A stretch of 64,000 nt of DNA from Squalus acanthias (lineage: Eukaryota). Below the pieces are notes generated by a model. The model made no database searches and was not told the DNA's origin. It saw nothing but the letters and a program-made list of their open reading frames with translations. The position numbers and the translations under genes are program-made. Below, piece by piece: positions 38,337-50,472 of this stretch (within the stretch, counting starts at the first letter, position 1; each line of letters starts with the position of its first letter). The stretch lies in contig CM059433.1 of NCBI GenBank assembly GCA_030390025.1, positions 29,080,001 to 29,144,000 of the forward strand, in the 5' to 3' direction.

Positions 38337-39130
38337 TAGTGGTCCTGATGCGGAGATGCCGGTGTTGGACTGGGGTGGACAAAAATGAGAAGTCGCACAA
38401 CACCAGGTTATAGTCCAACAGATTTATTTAAAATTACAAGCGTTCGGAGCTGTCGCCCCTTCGTCAGGTAAAGGTACAATGAAGGAATCTACAACATTAC
38501 ACAGTATATAAACACAGAAACTGCAGAGATACAATCTTTCAGGGAAGCATTACTTCAAAGACACACCAGAGCACAGCCAAGACAATGAGATGGATCACAG
38601 GGGGTCCAACGTGTCAAATCCTGCTGTCTGCAGTTGAGCTTTTAACTTTTTTTTTTGGTTTGTTTTTATTTGTGTTTTTTTTTAAAACTGGAAAGACAGA
38701 CGACGATGTCGAGTCACGTTCTGTAGCGTGACATGAACCCGATATCCCTATTGATGTCCTCAATAGGGATATCGGGTTCATGTCACGTTACAGAACGTGA
38801 CTCGACATCGTTGTCTGTCTTTCCAGTTTAAAAAAAACACAAATAAAAACAAACCAAAAAAAAAAGTTAAAAGCTCAACTGCAGACAGCAAGATTTGACA
38901 CGTTGGACCCCCTGTGATCCATCTCATTGTCTTGGCTGTGCTCTGGTGTGTCTTTGAAGTAATGCTTCCCTGAAAGATTGTATCTCTGCAGTTTCTGTGT
39001 TTTATACTGTGTAATATTGTAGATTCCTTCATTGTACCTTTACCTGACGAAGGGGCGACAGCTCCGAAAGCTTGTAATTTTAAATAAATCTGTTGGACTA
39101 TAACCTGGTGTTGTGCGACTTCTCATTTTT
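38337..39130. mobile_element. Non-coding palindromic Penelope-like insertion
   Basis: Inverted arms at 38381-38754 and 38760-39130 with loop TGTCC. A 44-nt unpaired tail lies on the left. TSD ACCCTATCAA at 38327-38336 and 39131-39140. Confidence 0.85.
39040..39077 (+). ncRNA. Minimal type I hammerhead ribozyme motif
   Basis: TTAC-CTGACGA-A-GGGGC(GACA)GCTCC-GAAA-GC-TT-GTAA: core boxes CUGANGA and GAAA, helix II hairpin, helix I UUAC/GUAA, and palindromic AAGCTT in place of helix III. The mirror copy on the minus strand (38434-38471) has GAAC instead of GAAA. Confidence 0.7.
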
Positions 39131-40994
39131 ACCCTATCAAAACCTTTCAAAATTTTAAAGACCTCTATCAGGTCACCTCTCGGGCCTCTCTTTTCTAGAG
39201 AAAAGAGCCCCAGCCTGTCCAGTCTTTCTGATAGTTATAACCTCTCAGTTCTGGTATCATCCTTGTAAATCTTTTTTGCACCTTGTCTATACCCTTTTTA
39301 TAATATGGAGACCAAATTTGCATACAGCACTCCAAGTGTGGTTTAACCAAGGTTTGATACAAGTTTAACATAACTTCTCTGCTTTTCAATTCTACCTGTA
39401 TTATATTGTATTATATTATAGACTTCCTGGTTTAGACTCTGCATGTCTCAGTAAGGATTCTTCAATCTGATTGGTTGAGGAGACACGCCGTTGCTTGCCC
39501 TATTCACACAGGTCCCAGATCCCCTGTAGAGGGCACAGCACTGTTTTCTCTCTCTAATTACCGCAGGTTCCAGTGCAAAATCTCAAACAAAGTCTGTGGA
39601 CAAGTGTAGGTGTAATGAACAGTTCGTTCCCCGTGGATTGTGATTCAACTGGTTCAAACATAAGGCTCAGTAACTGTTCCCTAACCAGGTTTCCCTAATT
39701 ATAAAGCTAGTATTCACCAATGAATGAATGTTGTTTTAAAAACAGAAGTGGTGAATGGACATTAAAAACTAATCAAATATTTCTTTACCATTTAACTGTG
39801 AGACTCTCTCCTTAAAGCCTGTGAATCCCCATAAGCACAGACTTTATACACCGCTTGCTATCATATCTTAATGGTTAAGAGAGAAAGAGCTCTCCTATAT
39901 TCAGTCATCCTCATTCAAAGTTAGTCAATAGGCGATCGTGTTACCAACACAGCGATTTCATCTTTCTGAACTACTGCTGACATTACATTTGTAACTGCGA
40001 AGCATTAAAAAGTCTTTTCAGTAGGTTTTAAGCTAATACATCAGAAACTGGAAAATAAATATGCCTTATATTTTCAGCAATTTGCAAGATGCCCATGAGG
40101 AAGTAGAGCGTGTTCCAACCATCTGGCTGTTTTAAAATGCAATACTCCTTGGGCTTGGGTTCTTACAAGACAAAGGCACACATTGCACTAATACAGATCA
40201 CTTTAATATTTGTTGAGAGCCGGCATGCTGCCAGTACAGGACTGTATGACACTAAACTAGCTTAATATTCTCAGTTCGGATATCATCCTCGTGAATCTTT
40301 TTTTTGCACCTGCTCCAGCGGCTCTATAACCCTTTTTAATAGCTAACTGACGATAGAAACTACAGCTTTATTAATCACACAAGTATTGGCCCCCGTTCTG
40401 CAGCTCCCCCCTTCCGCCATAAACATAAGAGGTGAATAATGTTATTAGTGTAGGTTAGATGAATAATGCTACCTGCTTTCCAGGAATTCATCATAACTTG
40501 GGGTGGTGGAAGACTCGATGCCACCTCCCTGTAATTCCTCTTGCAAAGGAGAGCTCGGATATCCCGAAAATGCTAATTAAGCTTTTAACAAATACACAAC
40601 TGGAGGAAGGATTCAGCGTGGATTATTTTGGGGAGATTGTCTTTGATCTCTGATCCTGAACGCTCCACCCATGTTTGCGCGTCGCTCTGCTGCCCTCTGT
40701 AGCACCGAGCCAGGACTCCAGCAGTCGCGTCCAGCCCACAGCCATCCACCGTCCTGAGCGAGCACACCACGCCGGCCGGACCAGGCAGTGAGGAGGGCGG
40801 GCTGGCTTCATAAATGTTTTAATATACATCAAATAATCAAGCCCATTACAAACAAAATAATAATCAGAAGCTGCAATGCATTTGCAGCAACAAACCCCAT
40901 CATCTTCCTTCACTCACGGAACAGATTTTGAACCTTTATCATTGAGCATGGGCAAGCTGGGAATTGTACAGGTGGGGTACGTGTTTGTATGTGT

Positions 40995-41310
40995 GTTTAT
41001 ATATATACGCACACGCATAGACACAGACATACACACAGATAAACACACAGGCATACACACGGACACACAGGCATATACACATACATATATACACAGACAC
41101 ACGTGCAGATGCACATACATATACACAGACACATACACAAACACATACATATACAGACACATACATGTAGACACACATACATACATATAGATATATACAC
41201 ACATACCTATGCATACACATACATATGCACTCACATACATACACACATACATATAACATATACATACATACCTATGCACACACATTCATATACACACACA
41301 TACATAGATA
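40995..41310. repeat. Degenerate (CA/TA)n low-complexity tract
   Basis: Directly visible alternating purine-pyrimidine sequence. Confidence 0.95.
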
Positions 41311-41689
41311 TTAAATATTTATCACTGATGACTTCTATCAATATATCTAACTACACAAGCACTGATAACGGCTAGCTGCTATTTGCAGCATCTGAGCCAG
41401 GAGAGCTCACTTTAACTGCAGCAACACCTGTTACAACTGAAGATGGAACAATTCAACCGAATTATGTAAAGGATGATTTATGAGCCACCGTCCCAAACAC
41501 ACATCGCAGCAACACTCTGAGCACCAATACAAAAAACAGCACCCGCCACTAGTTTGTAGGTCACTCAGAGGAGGTTTTTTTTTGGGGGGGGGGTTTGTTG
41601 CAAAAGATGTTGATCTTAACATATCAGTCAGCCCAACAACTAACCGTCTCCACACGGACAACATGCTCCTTCTCGACAGCACAACTTAC

Positions 41690-41780
41690 CTTCCGACAGC
41701 AGACGCGTAGCGTGAACAAAAGACGGATCCAGAGTATCTTTTTCTGCCATGAGCTCTGGCAAATATTTCTCTCTCTGCAT
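41690..41780 (-). CDS. KHDRBS2: First coding exon of a KHDRBS/STAR-family RNA-binding protein (KHDRBS2/SLM-1-like)
   Basis: The minus strand reads ATG..GAA G|GTAAGT and translates to [30 protein letters not shown]. This matches the QUA1 N-terminus of SLM-1 as I recall it ([30 protein letters not shown]). The exon is 91 nt and ends in phase 1 at a consensus donor (41684-41689). Family assignment is firm, the exact paralogue less so. I found no exon 2 in the window. Confidence 0.88.
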
Positions 41781-41919
41781 TATTTTTTTTAATGCAACGT
41801 GTATTTAAAATAATATTAAAAAAGTTAAAACCTGTTTCTGTTTCTCTCAACGCAAACAATATCTAATTGAGTCGCTTTACGTTTCCAGCAAGTGCATCGA
41901 CTCGGTTACACAGATTGCA

Positions 41920-42110
41920 CACAGTGCAACCCAGCGCGCCGGCTCGCTCTGCCAGCTTCCCGACCAGAGCCCGCCTCCACCTACCCCTGATTGGATAGCG
42001 TCCGGCCGCCCGGAAGCAGCTCCAAATGCTCATTGGTCAGCCTCTGTGTCAGTCAAAGTGAGTGACAGAGCGGCGGCGGCGGCGGCAGCAGCTGCCGTGC
42101 TGTCCCGTCT
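41920..42110 (-). promoter_or_regulatory. CpG-rich promoter of the KHDRBS gene
   Basis: Lies just upstream of exon 1. Contains a GC box (CCCGCCTCC ~41970), two CCAAT boxes on the minus strand (ATTGG at 41990 and 42032), an ETS-like CCGGAAG (42010), TGAGTGACAG (42059-42068) and a (GGC)n run (~42071-42087). Confidence 0.75.
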
Positions 42111-43051
42111 GCCTTTTTCCAAGACACCTTTTAAATTTTTTGCACACCTTTTTACCTCCCTTTGCAAAACAAAAAGACTCTATTCGATTTGTACAAGCCA
42201 TTCAAATGTCACATTAAAATGATGTTAAAACATGCACTTGGGACAAGCAGCTCTTAAACGTAAATACATTGCAAAGTTGCTTAGGGCTTTGCTGGAACGG
42301 TACACAAGTTGGTGCATAATTGATATGCCTGAAAAATGCTGATCAGTACATAAAGACGTAACCAATGTGGTCAGTCAGATATTTATCTCGGTCGTTCTCA
42401 CATTTTAATTGCGATTAATGTTACGAGCGCGATATTCCACATGCATACTTTCATGCACACACTACATGCAGGCTAATATATGTTACAAACGCCGGGGAAC
42501 ATTTACGTACTGCTTTCAAATACATACCACATAAATCTATGATAGGGTCATAAATATACGTCTACAATCCATTACAACATTCCGCTAAAGCTTAATCATA
42601 TGAGCACTGCAATTCGTTGTAAAGCTTTGCATTAGAGTTAACCGTGCAATATAAGATTAATATTTCAAATATTCCCCGATGAGCACGAATTATACATGGG
42701 ATACAGGAGAGCAATACCTCACTTATTTGACGAGTTTTAAAATATAATTAGATTTAGTATTGGCTTGAAGCAACCTATCTTCTTCCTTGATGAAAATGTA
42801 ATTTCTTTTGAGGGGGGAAATGTGTATTACTCAAAAGGGGTTGTAGTTGCAAAATATATCTCCCTTTTCTGCAGTGCCTAATTATAACTTCCTACAGTAG
42901 CTACCAGTGGGAATAGCCAGGTAGTACCTTGGCTACACTGCCTTGCTCCAAATCAAATCGTCACAGAGAGATTTCTGCATGCTTCTTTCCTTCCCAGCCC
43001 TTACATTGCAAATGTTTTTATGTGTGAGCAGCAGAACCTGCACTCTCAAAA

Positions 43052-43318
43052 CATTGGCAAAAGAGCAAAGGGGAGATGAGGAGACATTTTTTTAACAGAG
43101 CGAGTTGTTGTGATCTGGAATGCACGGCCTGAAAGGGTGGTGGAAGCAGATTCAAAAGTAACTTTCAAAAAGGGAATTGGATAAATACTTGAAAAATGAA
43201 AAAAAAAAATTTGCAGGGCTATGGGGAGTGGGACTAATTGGAGAGCTCTTTCAAAGAGCCAGCACAGGCACGATGGGCTGAATGACCTCCTTCCGTGCTG
43301 TAAGATTTTATGATTCTA
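43052..43318 (+). mobile_element. CR1 LINE 3' end
   Basis: Same family as 1335-1740. Confidence 0.75.
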
Positions 43319-43929
43319 TTGAAAGTAACTCTGGGTACATTTATAAAGGGTCAGCACTTTGACATGATGCTGGAGTTCCAGTCCCACCTGGTCCTGAACC
43401 CAAGTGCTGTGAGTGCCTACTCCCAAGAAGACTCATATTACTCTACTTTGAAGTTTCCAATCCCTAATGCACCAGGCACAGATGTTACCCCCTCAGATTC
43501 TGCTATCTAATGCTAACATTCGAACCTGCTTTTTTTCAAAATTTACCAACACTTCTCTATACTTGGTGCATCCAAAACGCAATTGTCCAGTGCTTTTAAA
43601 ACTGGTGAAACTATCAGTGAGATCTAATTGAGGTGGATTGGGATGGAAGGGAGGAAGTACAATCCTGATGAATAAATTATGAATTAAAGGAGATCTTTGA
43701 TGACAACTAAGAAATTATTTTTCGTCAATAAAAGTGGAAATACTTTCTTTGCCCATGTGTCTGTTGGTGGTGGATGTTTCGGGTGCACATTATCTGTACT
43801 TTCAAGCAGGACTCTTGTTTAGATCTGTCAATAATGTAGTCAATGCTGGCAGAAATCAAATGGAAAACCTGCGAACACTGAAAGTCTGATATAAAAATGG
43901 AAAATATCAGAAAGCCAGGGTTCAATTTT

Positions 43930-44373
43930 AAAAGAAAGACTTGCATTTATATCACAGTTGTTACAAACTCAGGATGCCACAAAACGCTTTATAGACGATG
44001 AAGTATTTTTGAAGTGTGGTCACTGTTGTAATGTAGGAAACGCGGCAGCCAAATTGCACACAGGAAACTCCCGCAAACAGCAATGTGATAATGACCAGAT
44101 AATCTGGTGGAGGGATAAATATTGGCCAGGAACTTCCCTGCTCTTCTTAAAAATAATGCCATGGGATCTATTATGTCCACCTGAGAGTGCAGACGGGTCC
44201 TCAGTTTAAAGTCTCACTCGAAAGGCAGCACCTACCAGCAATGCAGCGCTCCCTCAGTACTGTACTGGTGTGTCAGCCTGGATTATGTGCTTAAGTGTCT
44301 AGAGCTGGGACTATGAACCCACAACCTTCCGACTCAGAGGCAAGAGCGTTACCACTGACCCACGGCTAACACA
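43930..44373 (-). mobile_element. SacSINE1-like SINE
   Basis: Near full-length reverse-complement match. Confidence 0.8.
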
Positions 44374-44659
44374 TTTAACCCCCATTTGGTTTTGGACGGG
44401 CAGAGGGGTCAGATCTAGTGCCAAATGCACTCACTGGTCTAAGTTTGAGGTCTGGGGTACATCTCGTCCGGTTAGCTGCCCACCCACAATGGGCAGATAG
44501 CAGCAGTTGGCTGGTGGGCAGGTGAGGAACTCCGGGTGTCCAGAGGCTGCCAGCTGGCACCAAAAGATGGCTCACAAACAGGCAGGTAAGTCATGGAGAA
44601 GGGGGTTTTAGGAGGGTCTCGTGGAGGAAAGATGAAGGGGAGGGTGTAAATTACCATGA

Positions 44660-45610
44660 GGAGTACTGTGCACAGTTCTGGTCTCCATAGTATATAAAGG
44701 ACGTAGAAAGTGCAAAATAGATTTAAAAGGATGGCACCAGAACTGAAAGATTACAGCTATCGGAAAAGATTGAACAGGTTGGGGTTTTCTCCTTTAGAAA
44801 AGAGAAGACTTAGAGGAGACCTGAAGGAGGTCTTTAAAATTATGAATGGGATGGACTGAGTTGATGTGGAGAGAATGTTTCCACCTGTGGGAGAATCCAA
44901 AACTAAGGGCCATAAATACAGGATAGTTACTAATAAAACAAATAGGGAAATAAGGAGAAATGTCTTTACTCAGAGAGTGGTTAGAATGTGGAAATTGCTA
45001 CCCCAGGAAGTAGTTTAGGCAGCTGGTAGCACAGTGGCTCAGTGGGTAGCACCCTTGCTTCTGAGTGAGAAGGTTGTGGATTCATAGTCCCACTCCAGAG
45101 ACTTGGGCACAAATATCTAGGCTGACACTCCAGTGCAGTACTGAGGGAGTGCTGCACTGTTGGAGGTACTGTCTTTCAGATGAGATGTTAAACTGAGGTC
45201 CCGGCTGCACTCTCAGGTGAATGTAATAGATCCCACGGAATCATTTTGAAGAAGAGCAGGGGAGTTCCCCCCAGTGTCCTGACCAATATTTATCTCTCAA
45301 TCAACATCACTAAAAACAGATTATCTGGTCATTATCACATTGCTGTTTGTGAGAGTTTGCTGTGTGTAAATTGGCTGCCGCGTTTCCTACATTACAACAG
45401 TGACTACGCTTCAAAAAAAGTACTTCATTGGCTGTAAAGCACTTTGGGATGTCCGGTGGTTATGAAAGGCGCTATATAAATGCAAGTCTTTCTTTTAAGT
45501 AACTCTGATGCTTTCAAAAGGAAACTGGACGAGTACATGAGAGGAAAGGGAATAGAAAGATATGCTGAAAGGCTGAGATGAGGTAGATGGAATGGGAGGA
45601 GACTCGTGTG
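44660..45610 (+). mobile_element. CR1 LINE fragment interrupted by a SINE
   Basis: CR1 ORF2 C-terminal relic at 44660-45022 that resumes at ~45500. Its tail reappears at ~46424-46503 after an L2 insertion. Confidence 0.75.
45025..45497 (+). mobile_element. Full-length SacSINE1-like SINE
   Basis: A box, core and ATATAAATGCAAGTCTTTC tail. Confidence 0.85.
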
Positions 45611-45616
45611 GATGCT

Positions 45617-46423
45617 CTGGATGAGCAGAAATTTTCTCCAATTAAATATTGGGAAGACCAAAGCCATTATTTTTGGTCCTCGCCACAAACTCTGTTCCCT
45701 AGCCACTGACTCCATCCCTCTCCCTAACATCTGTCTGAGGCTGAATCACACAGTTCACAGCCTTGGTGTCATATTTGACCCTGAAATGAGCTTTCGACCA
45801 CATATCCGCAGCATAACTAAGACCGCCTATTTCCACCTCCGTAACATCGCCCATCTCCGCCCTTGCCTCAGCTCATCCGCTGCTGAAACCCTCATCCATG
45901 CCTTTGTTACCTCTAGACTTGACTATTCCAACGTGTCCTAACTCGCACTCAAGTCCTGTTCACCCATCACCCCTGGGCTCGCTGAACCACATTGGCTATT
46001 GGTTAAGCAATGCTTCAATTTCAAAATTCTCATCCTTGTTTTCAAATCCCTCCATGGCCTCGTCCGTCCCAATCTCTGTAATCTCCTTCAGCCCCACAGC
46101 TCCCTGAGATATTTGCACTCATCTAATTCTGCCCTCTTGAGCATCCCTGATTATAATCGCTCAACCATTGGTAGCTGTGCCTTCTGCTGCCTAGGCCCTA
46201 AGCTCTGGAATTCCCTGCCTAAATCTCTCCGCCTCTCCACCTCTCTTCCTTCCTTTAAGACGCTCCTTAAAACCTACCTCTTTGACCAAGCTTTTGGTCA
46301 CCTGTCCTAATTTATCCTTATGTGGCTCGGTGTAAAATTCTTTGTCTTATAATACTCCTGTGAAGCACCTTGGGACATTTTACTACATTAAAGGCACTAT
46401 ATAAATACAAGTTGTTGTTGTTG
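45617..46423 (+). mobile_element. L2 LINE 3' region
   Basis: ORFs 45606-45941 and 45999-46310 with a (TTG)n tail. Confidence 0.9.
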
Positions 46424-47059
46424 TGGAATATAAACATCAGCATAAACTAGTTGGGCCAAATGGCCTGTTTCTGTGCTGTATATTCCATGTAATTCCATGT
46501 AATTCCTGCTCCTCCTGGCCGCACCAAGGAAAGTTTAGCACTTTCTTAGGAGGGGCCTCTTCTGTCTGCCACCCTGCTCCCGCCTGGAGGGAAAGCCGTG
46601 CCAGTTTCCCCACTCAGGCCCTGCTTAAAAGGCAATCGGGGTCCTTTTGATGCAAGAGGGCACTGATTGCATCTTCCACATCCACTTGCCAGAACCTTAC
46701 AGGTTAAAATCAGCAACCTCAGGGAAAGTGTCGAGTTATGAATGGGTAAGTAACCCCCTCGTTTTTTAATCAAGGCTAGAGTGGTCTCCTGGACTAGTTT
46801 TGATTGCCTAAGGACGTTGGAGATTTTCTAGATTTTTGCCCCCCGACATTTGGCCTGGGTTTTTATCTGTTTTTTCGCTACTTCCAGGTGGGGTGGGGAG
46901 TGTATATATTGTGATCCATAAGGCTTTGCAGCTTTGTGGGACAGGCTGGATGGACCAGAGGGTCTTTTCCTGCCATCATTGTTTTTTATGCCAAGCAGGT
47001 AGGGTTACAATCGGCCCCCCCAGATAGGGTTACAATTATCCCCCCAGCCTCTGCAAAAG

Positions 47060-47505
47060 CATCCATCACCCCTATTCCTGCTGACCTACATTGGCTCCTG
47101 GTCCCCCAACACCTCTAATGAAAAGTTCTGTGTTTAAATCCCTCCATGGCCTCGCTCCTCCCTACCTCTGTAAGCTCCTCCTTGCCTATAAACCCCCTAC
47201 TCCCCACTTTCGATTTCTCTGTCTCTGACCTTTGTACATCCCCTCCCCCCATCACGCCACCATTGGCGGCCGTGCCTTCAGCCGCTTAGGCCCCATGCTC
47301 TGGAATTTCCTCCCTAAACATCTCTGCCTCTCTCTCCTCCTTTAAGACGCTCCTTAAAGCCCACCCCTTTGACCAAGCTTTTGGTCACCTGTCCTAATAT
47401 CACCTTCTTTGTCTTGGCATCCATTTTTGTCTGATTACGCCTCTGTGAAACACCTTGGGATTTAAAAAAAAATTCAACGTACTATATAAATGCAAGTTGA
47501 TGTTT
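47060..47505 (+). mobile_element. L2 LINE 3' fragment
   Basis: Collinear with 45950-46420. Confidence 0.75.
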
Positions 47506-48139
47506 TCTGAAAGACAGATTAATATTTTTAGGTTGGGACTCTGAGGGCCACCTAACATGTTAACCTATCTCTTTCAGTTACTGACTGACTTGCTGTGCAT
47601 TTCCAGCATTTTTTATACTGATGAAGTGGATAGATTTTTGTTAGGTAAGGGTATCAAGTGATATGGAACAAAGGCGGGAAAATGGAGTTGAGGTACAGAT
47701 CAGCATTGATCTCATTGAATGGCAGAACAGGCCTGAAAGGCTTAATGGCCTCTTCCTGTTCCTAATGTTCCAATGGCTGAATGTAATGTGTAAAAATGCA
47801 CCTCATTTTATTAATTCATATTAATAGAATTGAAGTGGAATGCATATGGTGTAAATTAGACAACTTTAGGTTCCTATGAAAATAGGTTTATGATTAAAAA
47901 GTGAATCCCTTAAGGGCTAGATTTTCCTCTTTACCCTAATTTGAGCAAAAACAAAAGCATTGCAATGTTATTAGAAAATGCTAACGGGCTGATTATTGCA
48001 TGCCAAGGTCTTCTTGAGATTATCAATGACAAACAGCTTTCCCCAGCTGCAAAAACATAACCCAAAAAGTCAGGTGTTTTGTTTTAACTCCAGATCAGTC
48101 CTGGCAAGATTGGGAAGTACAGTTCCAAATCCTCACAGC

Positions 48140-48500
48140 CGGCACTTCAGTGTAGTACTGAGGGAGTGCCGCTCTGTCAGAGGTGCCACCTTTTGGATGA
48201 GATGTTAAACCGAATCCCCGTCTGCTCTCTCAGGTGGACGTAAAAGATCCCACAGCACTATTTCGAAGAAGAGCAGGGGCGTTCTCCCCGGTGTCCTGGC
48301 CAATATTTATCCAACATAACAAAAACAGATTATCTGGTCATCATCTCATTGCTGTTTGTGGGACCTTGCTTTGCGCAAATTGGCTGCTGTGTTTCCTACA
48401 TTACAACAGTGACTACTTCAAAAGTATCTCATTGTCTGTAAAGTGCTTTGGGGCGTCCTGAGGTTGTGAAAGGCGCTATATAAATACAAGCCTTTCATTT
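48140..48500 (+). mobile_element. 5'-truncated SacSINE1-like SINE
   Basis: Core and tail match the other copies. Confidence 0.8.
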
Positions 48501-48980
48501 TTACTTATTAAAGTGTTAGTGCAGCCGTGCAGTGATTTACTGGAGGGTTCTGTGACTATGAACAAAATTGCGTACTTAGTAAATGCCCACAATCTGGTCA
48601 ATGGATCATAAATTAAAATATATTAAATGGACATTCTCCCATCCCCCAATGTTTTCTGATAAAGAAGGGAACAGTTAAACCCAAGGAGGAATGTTGGGGG
48701 GGGTGGGGGGGTGGCGGTGGGGGAGTGCGGCAGGGGTTGGGGGGGGATTTTGTGCAGAAACAGTGTTGATTAGATTAAACAATGGAGAGGGGTATAGACA
48801 AATTTGCCATTTGAAGAGAATGTAGTAAGTTATAAGGTTAACATTTGTGCTATTACCCTAGGGCACTAGCTTCACTAACCTAATGAAAGATCAATAAGCC
48901 CCATGGGGGCATGGCACAGTTGTTTCTACAAACTCTGGTGACTTTGGACCAAGTGTGCAGATTGGTGAAAAAAAAATATT

Positions 48981-49700
48981 GGCCCAAAATTCGCAGGAGC
49001 AGGGCATCTCGCGGCCTGCCCCGTTAGTTCGACTTCCTCCCTCACCCTTCAGCTCGAAAGTGTTTTGCGCCACAAACTGCTGGAAATGTGAGCTGATAAA
49101 GGCGCGGCGAGGGCAATGGGGAATCTGGGACCTTGGTGAACGACGGGACCAACAGCCTATCTCCTCAACCAATCAGATTTAAGGATTGAGAATGATACAG
49201 AGGAACGACAGAGAAGGAAATAGGGTGAATTCGAGTCAAATCAGGTATAGAAAGAGAAATAAAGAGAGGGAAAGATTGGAATAAGAGAGAGAGAGAAAAA
49301 AGAGACAGAAAGGAAAAGTAAGAAAAATATGTATAATTTAAAAATCTCAAGGAATAATTTACTATCTGTAGGAATGAGACTTCACAGTTTCAATTGTTCT
49401 CTTTCTGGCCGGAGAGGTTGAGTGCCATTGCAGGAACATAAATCTCCTCATGAAAAGCACCAGCCCTAACTTTCTGCGGCAAGTTTAATGGGTAATTAAT
49501 GTGCAAATGCAGCAATGTCATAAAACTCATGGGGAGGTTGAGGGCGAGCTGCCGGTGGAGTGACACAAATCGTCCAGAAACTTGTGGCGATTTGCAATTC
49601 ACGGGGCATCTCTTCCTCACCACAAGTTGCTGGATGATTTACACATTAATAATGGCGAGTGCATTAAACACCCCATTACTTTACCAGCAAAATCTGGGCC
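48981..49700. mobile_element. Harbinger-like MITE
   Basis: Termini GGCCCAAAATTCGC and GCAAAATCTGGGCC, with ATT on both sides (48978-48980, 49701-49703). Confidence 0.8.
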
Positions 49701-50472
49701 ATTACTTTTTTGAATCCTAACCCTCCTTACGCTCCAAATCCTGAGGTTTACTGGGCTCCACTGACACAATTACTCCAATTAGTCAATCACGTCTGATTAC
49801 AGATCTGAGCCAATTCATCAACAACAACATTTATAGAGCGCATTTAACATAGCAAAATGTCCCAAGGCGCTTAACAAGAGCGATATCAGAAAAAACATTG
49901 TTACAGTGAGCCACAGAAGGAGATATCAAGACAGATGACCAAAAGCTTGTCAAAGAGGTGGGTTCATTGTTGGAAAAAGTCAAGACTGGCAGACTGTCGT
50001 GCTAAAAACTTTCTGACCCATGTCAGTGTCTTAACAAGATGGGGTTAGCAACGCATGACCATGGACTTGGGAGCCTGCTAGCTTCAAAAAGCATGGGGGG
50101 GCAGGGGGTGGTGGTGAGAGATCAGATCAATGGGACAAACCGACAGTTGCCAAGGTTGTCACCTTTTGTATTTCTTGGCACGAGTGAATCAACCTAATTA
50201 CGTTGCTACAACACAATGTTTTAATGAAGGACATGGGAATTGATTTTGTGCTTTCAGTGAGCAAGGGAATATTTGCCAAGTGTTCATAGCAGCACTTCCC
50301 ACACGGAGATACAAGGTTGTTGGGTAGATTTCCGAGGATGACTAGAAATCAATGGGATTGTTGACTGTTTTGACCTGTCAAGGTGTATTAGGACATGCAC
50401 TGCGACAGTTAGCCTGGGCCCATGCATATCAAATGGTTAAGAGGCAACTATTGTCCAGTGCTGGTCATTACA

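Larger units (their letters stand above)
37983..39392 (-). mobile_element. CR1 LINE 3' region split by a palindromic insertion
   Basis: LYQTLVKPHLECCMQIWSP (39195-39389) continues as DRVDIEKMSPLVGETRTR..RNFFTQRVVRMWN below 38336. Confidence 0.85.

Noticed and set aside
40876..41375. His/Thr and Val/Cys/Tyr ORFs
   Set aside because: Products of the CA/TA low-complexity tract.
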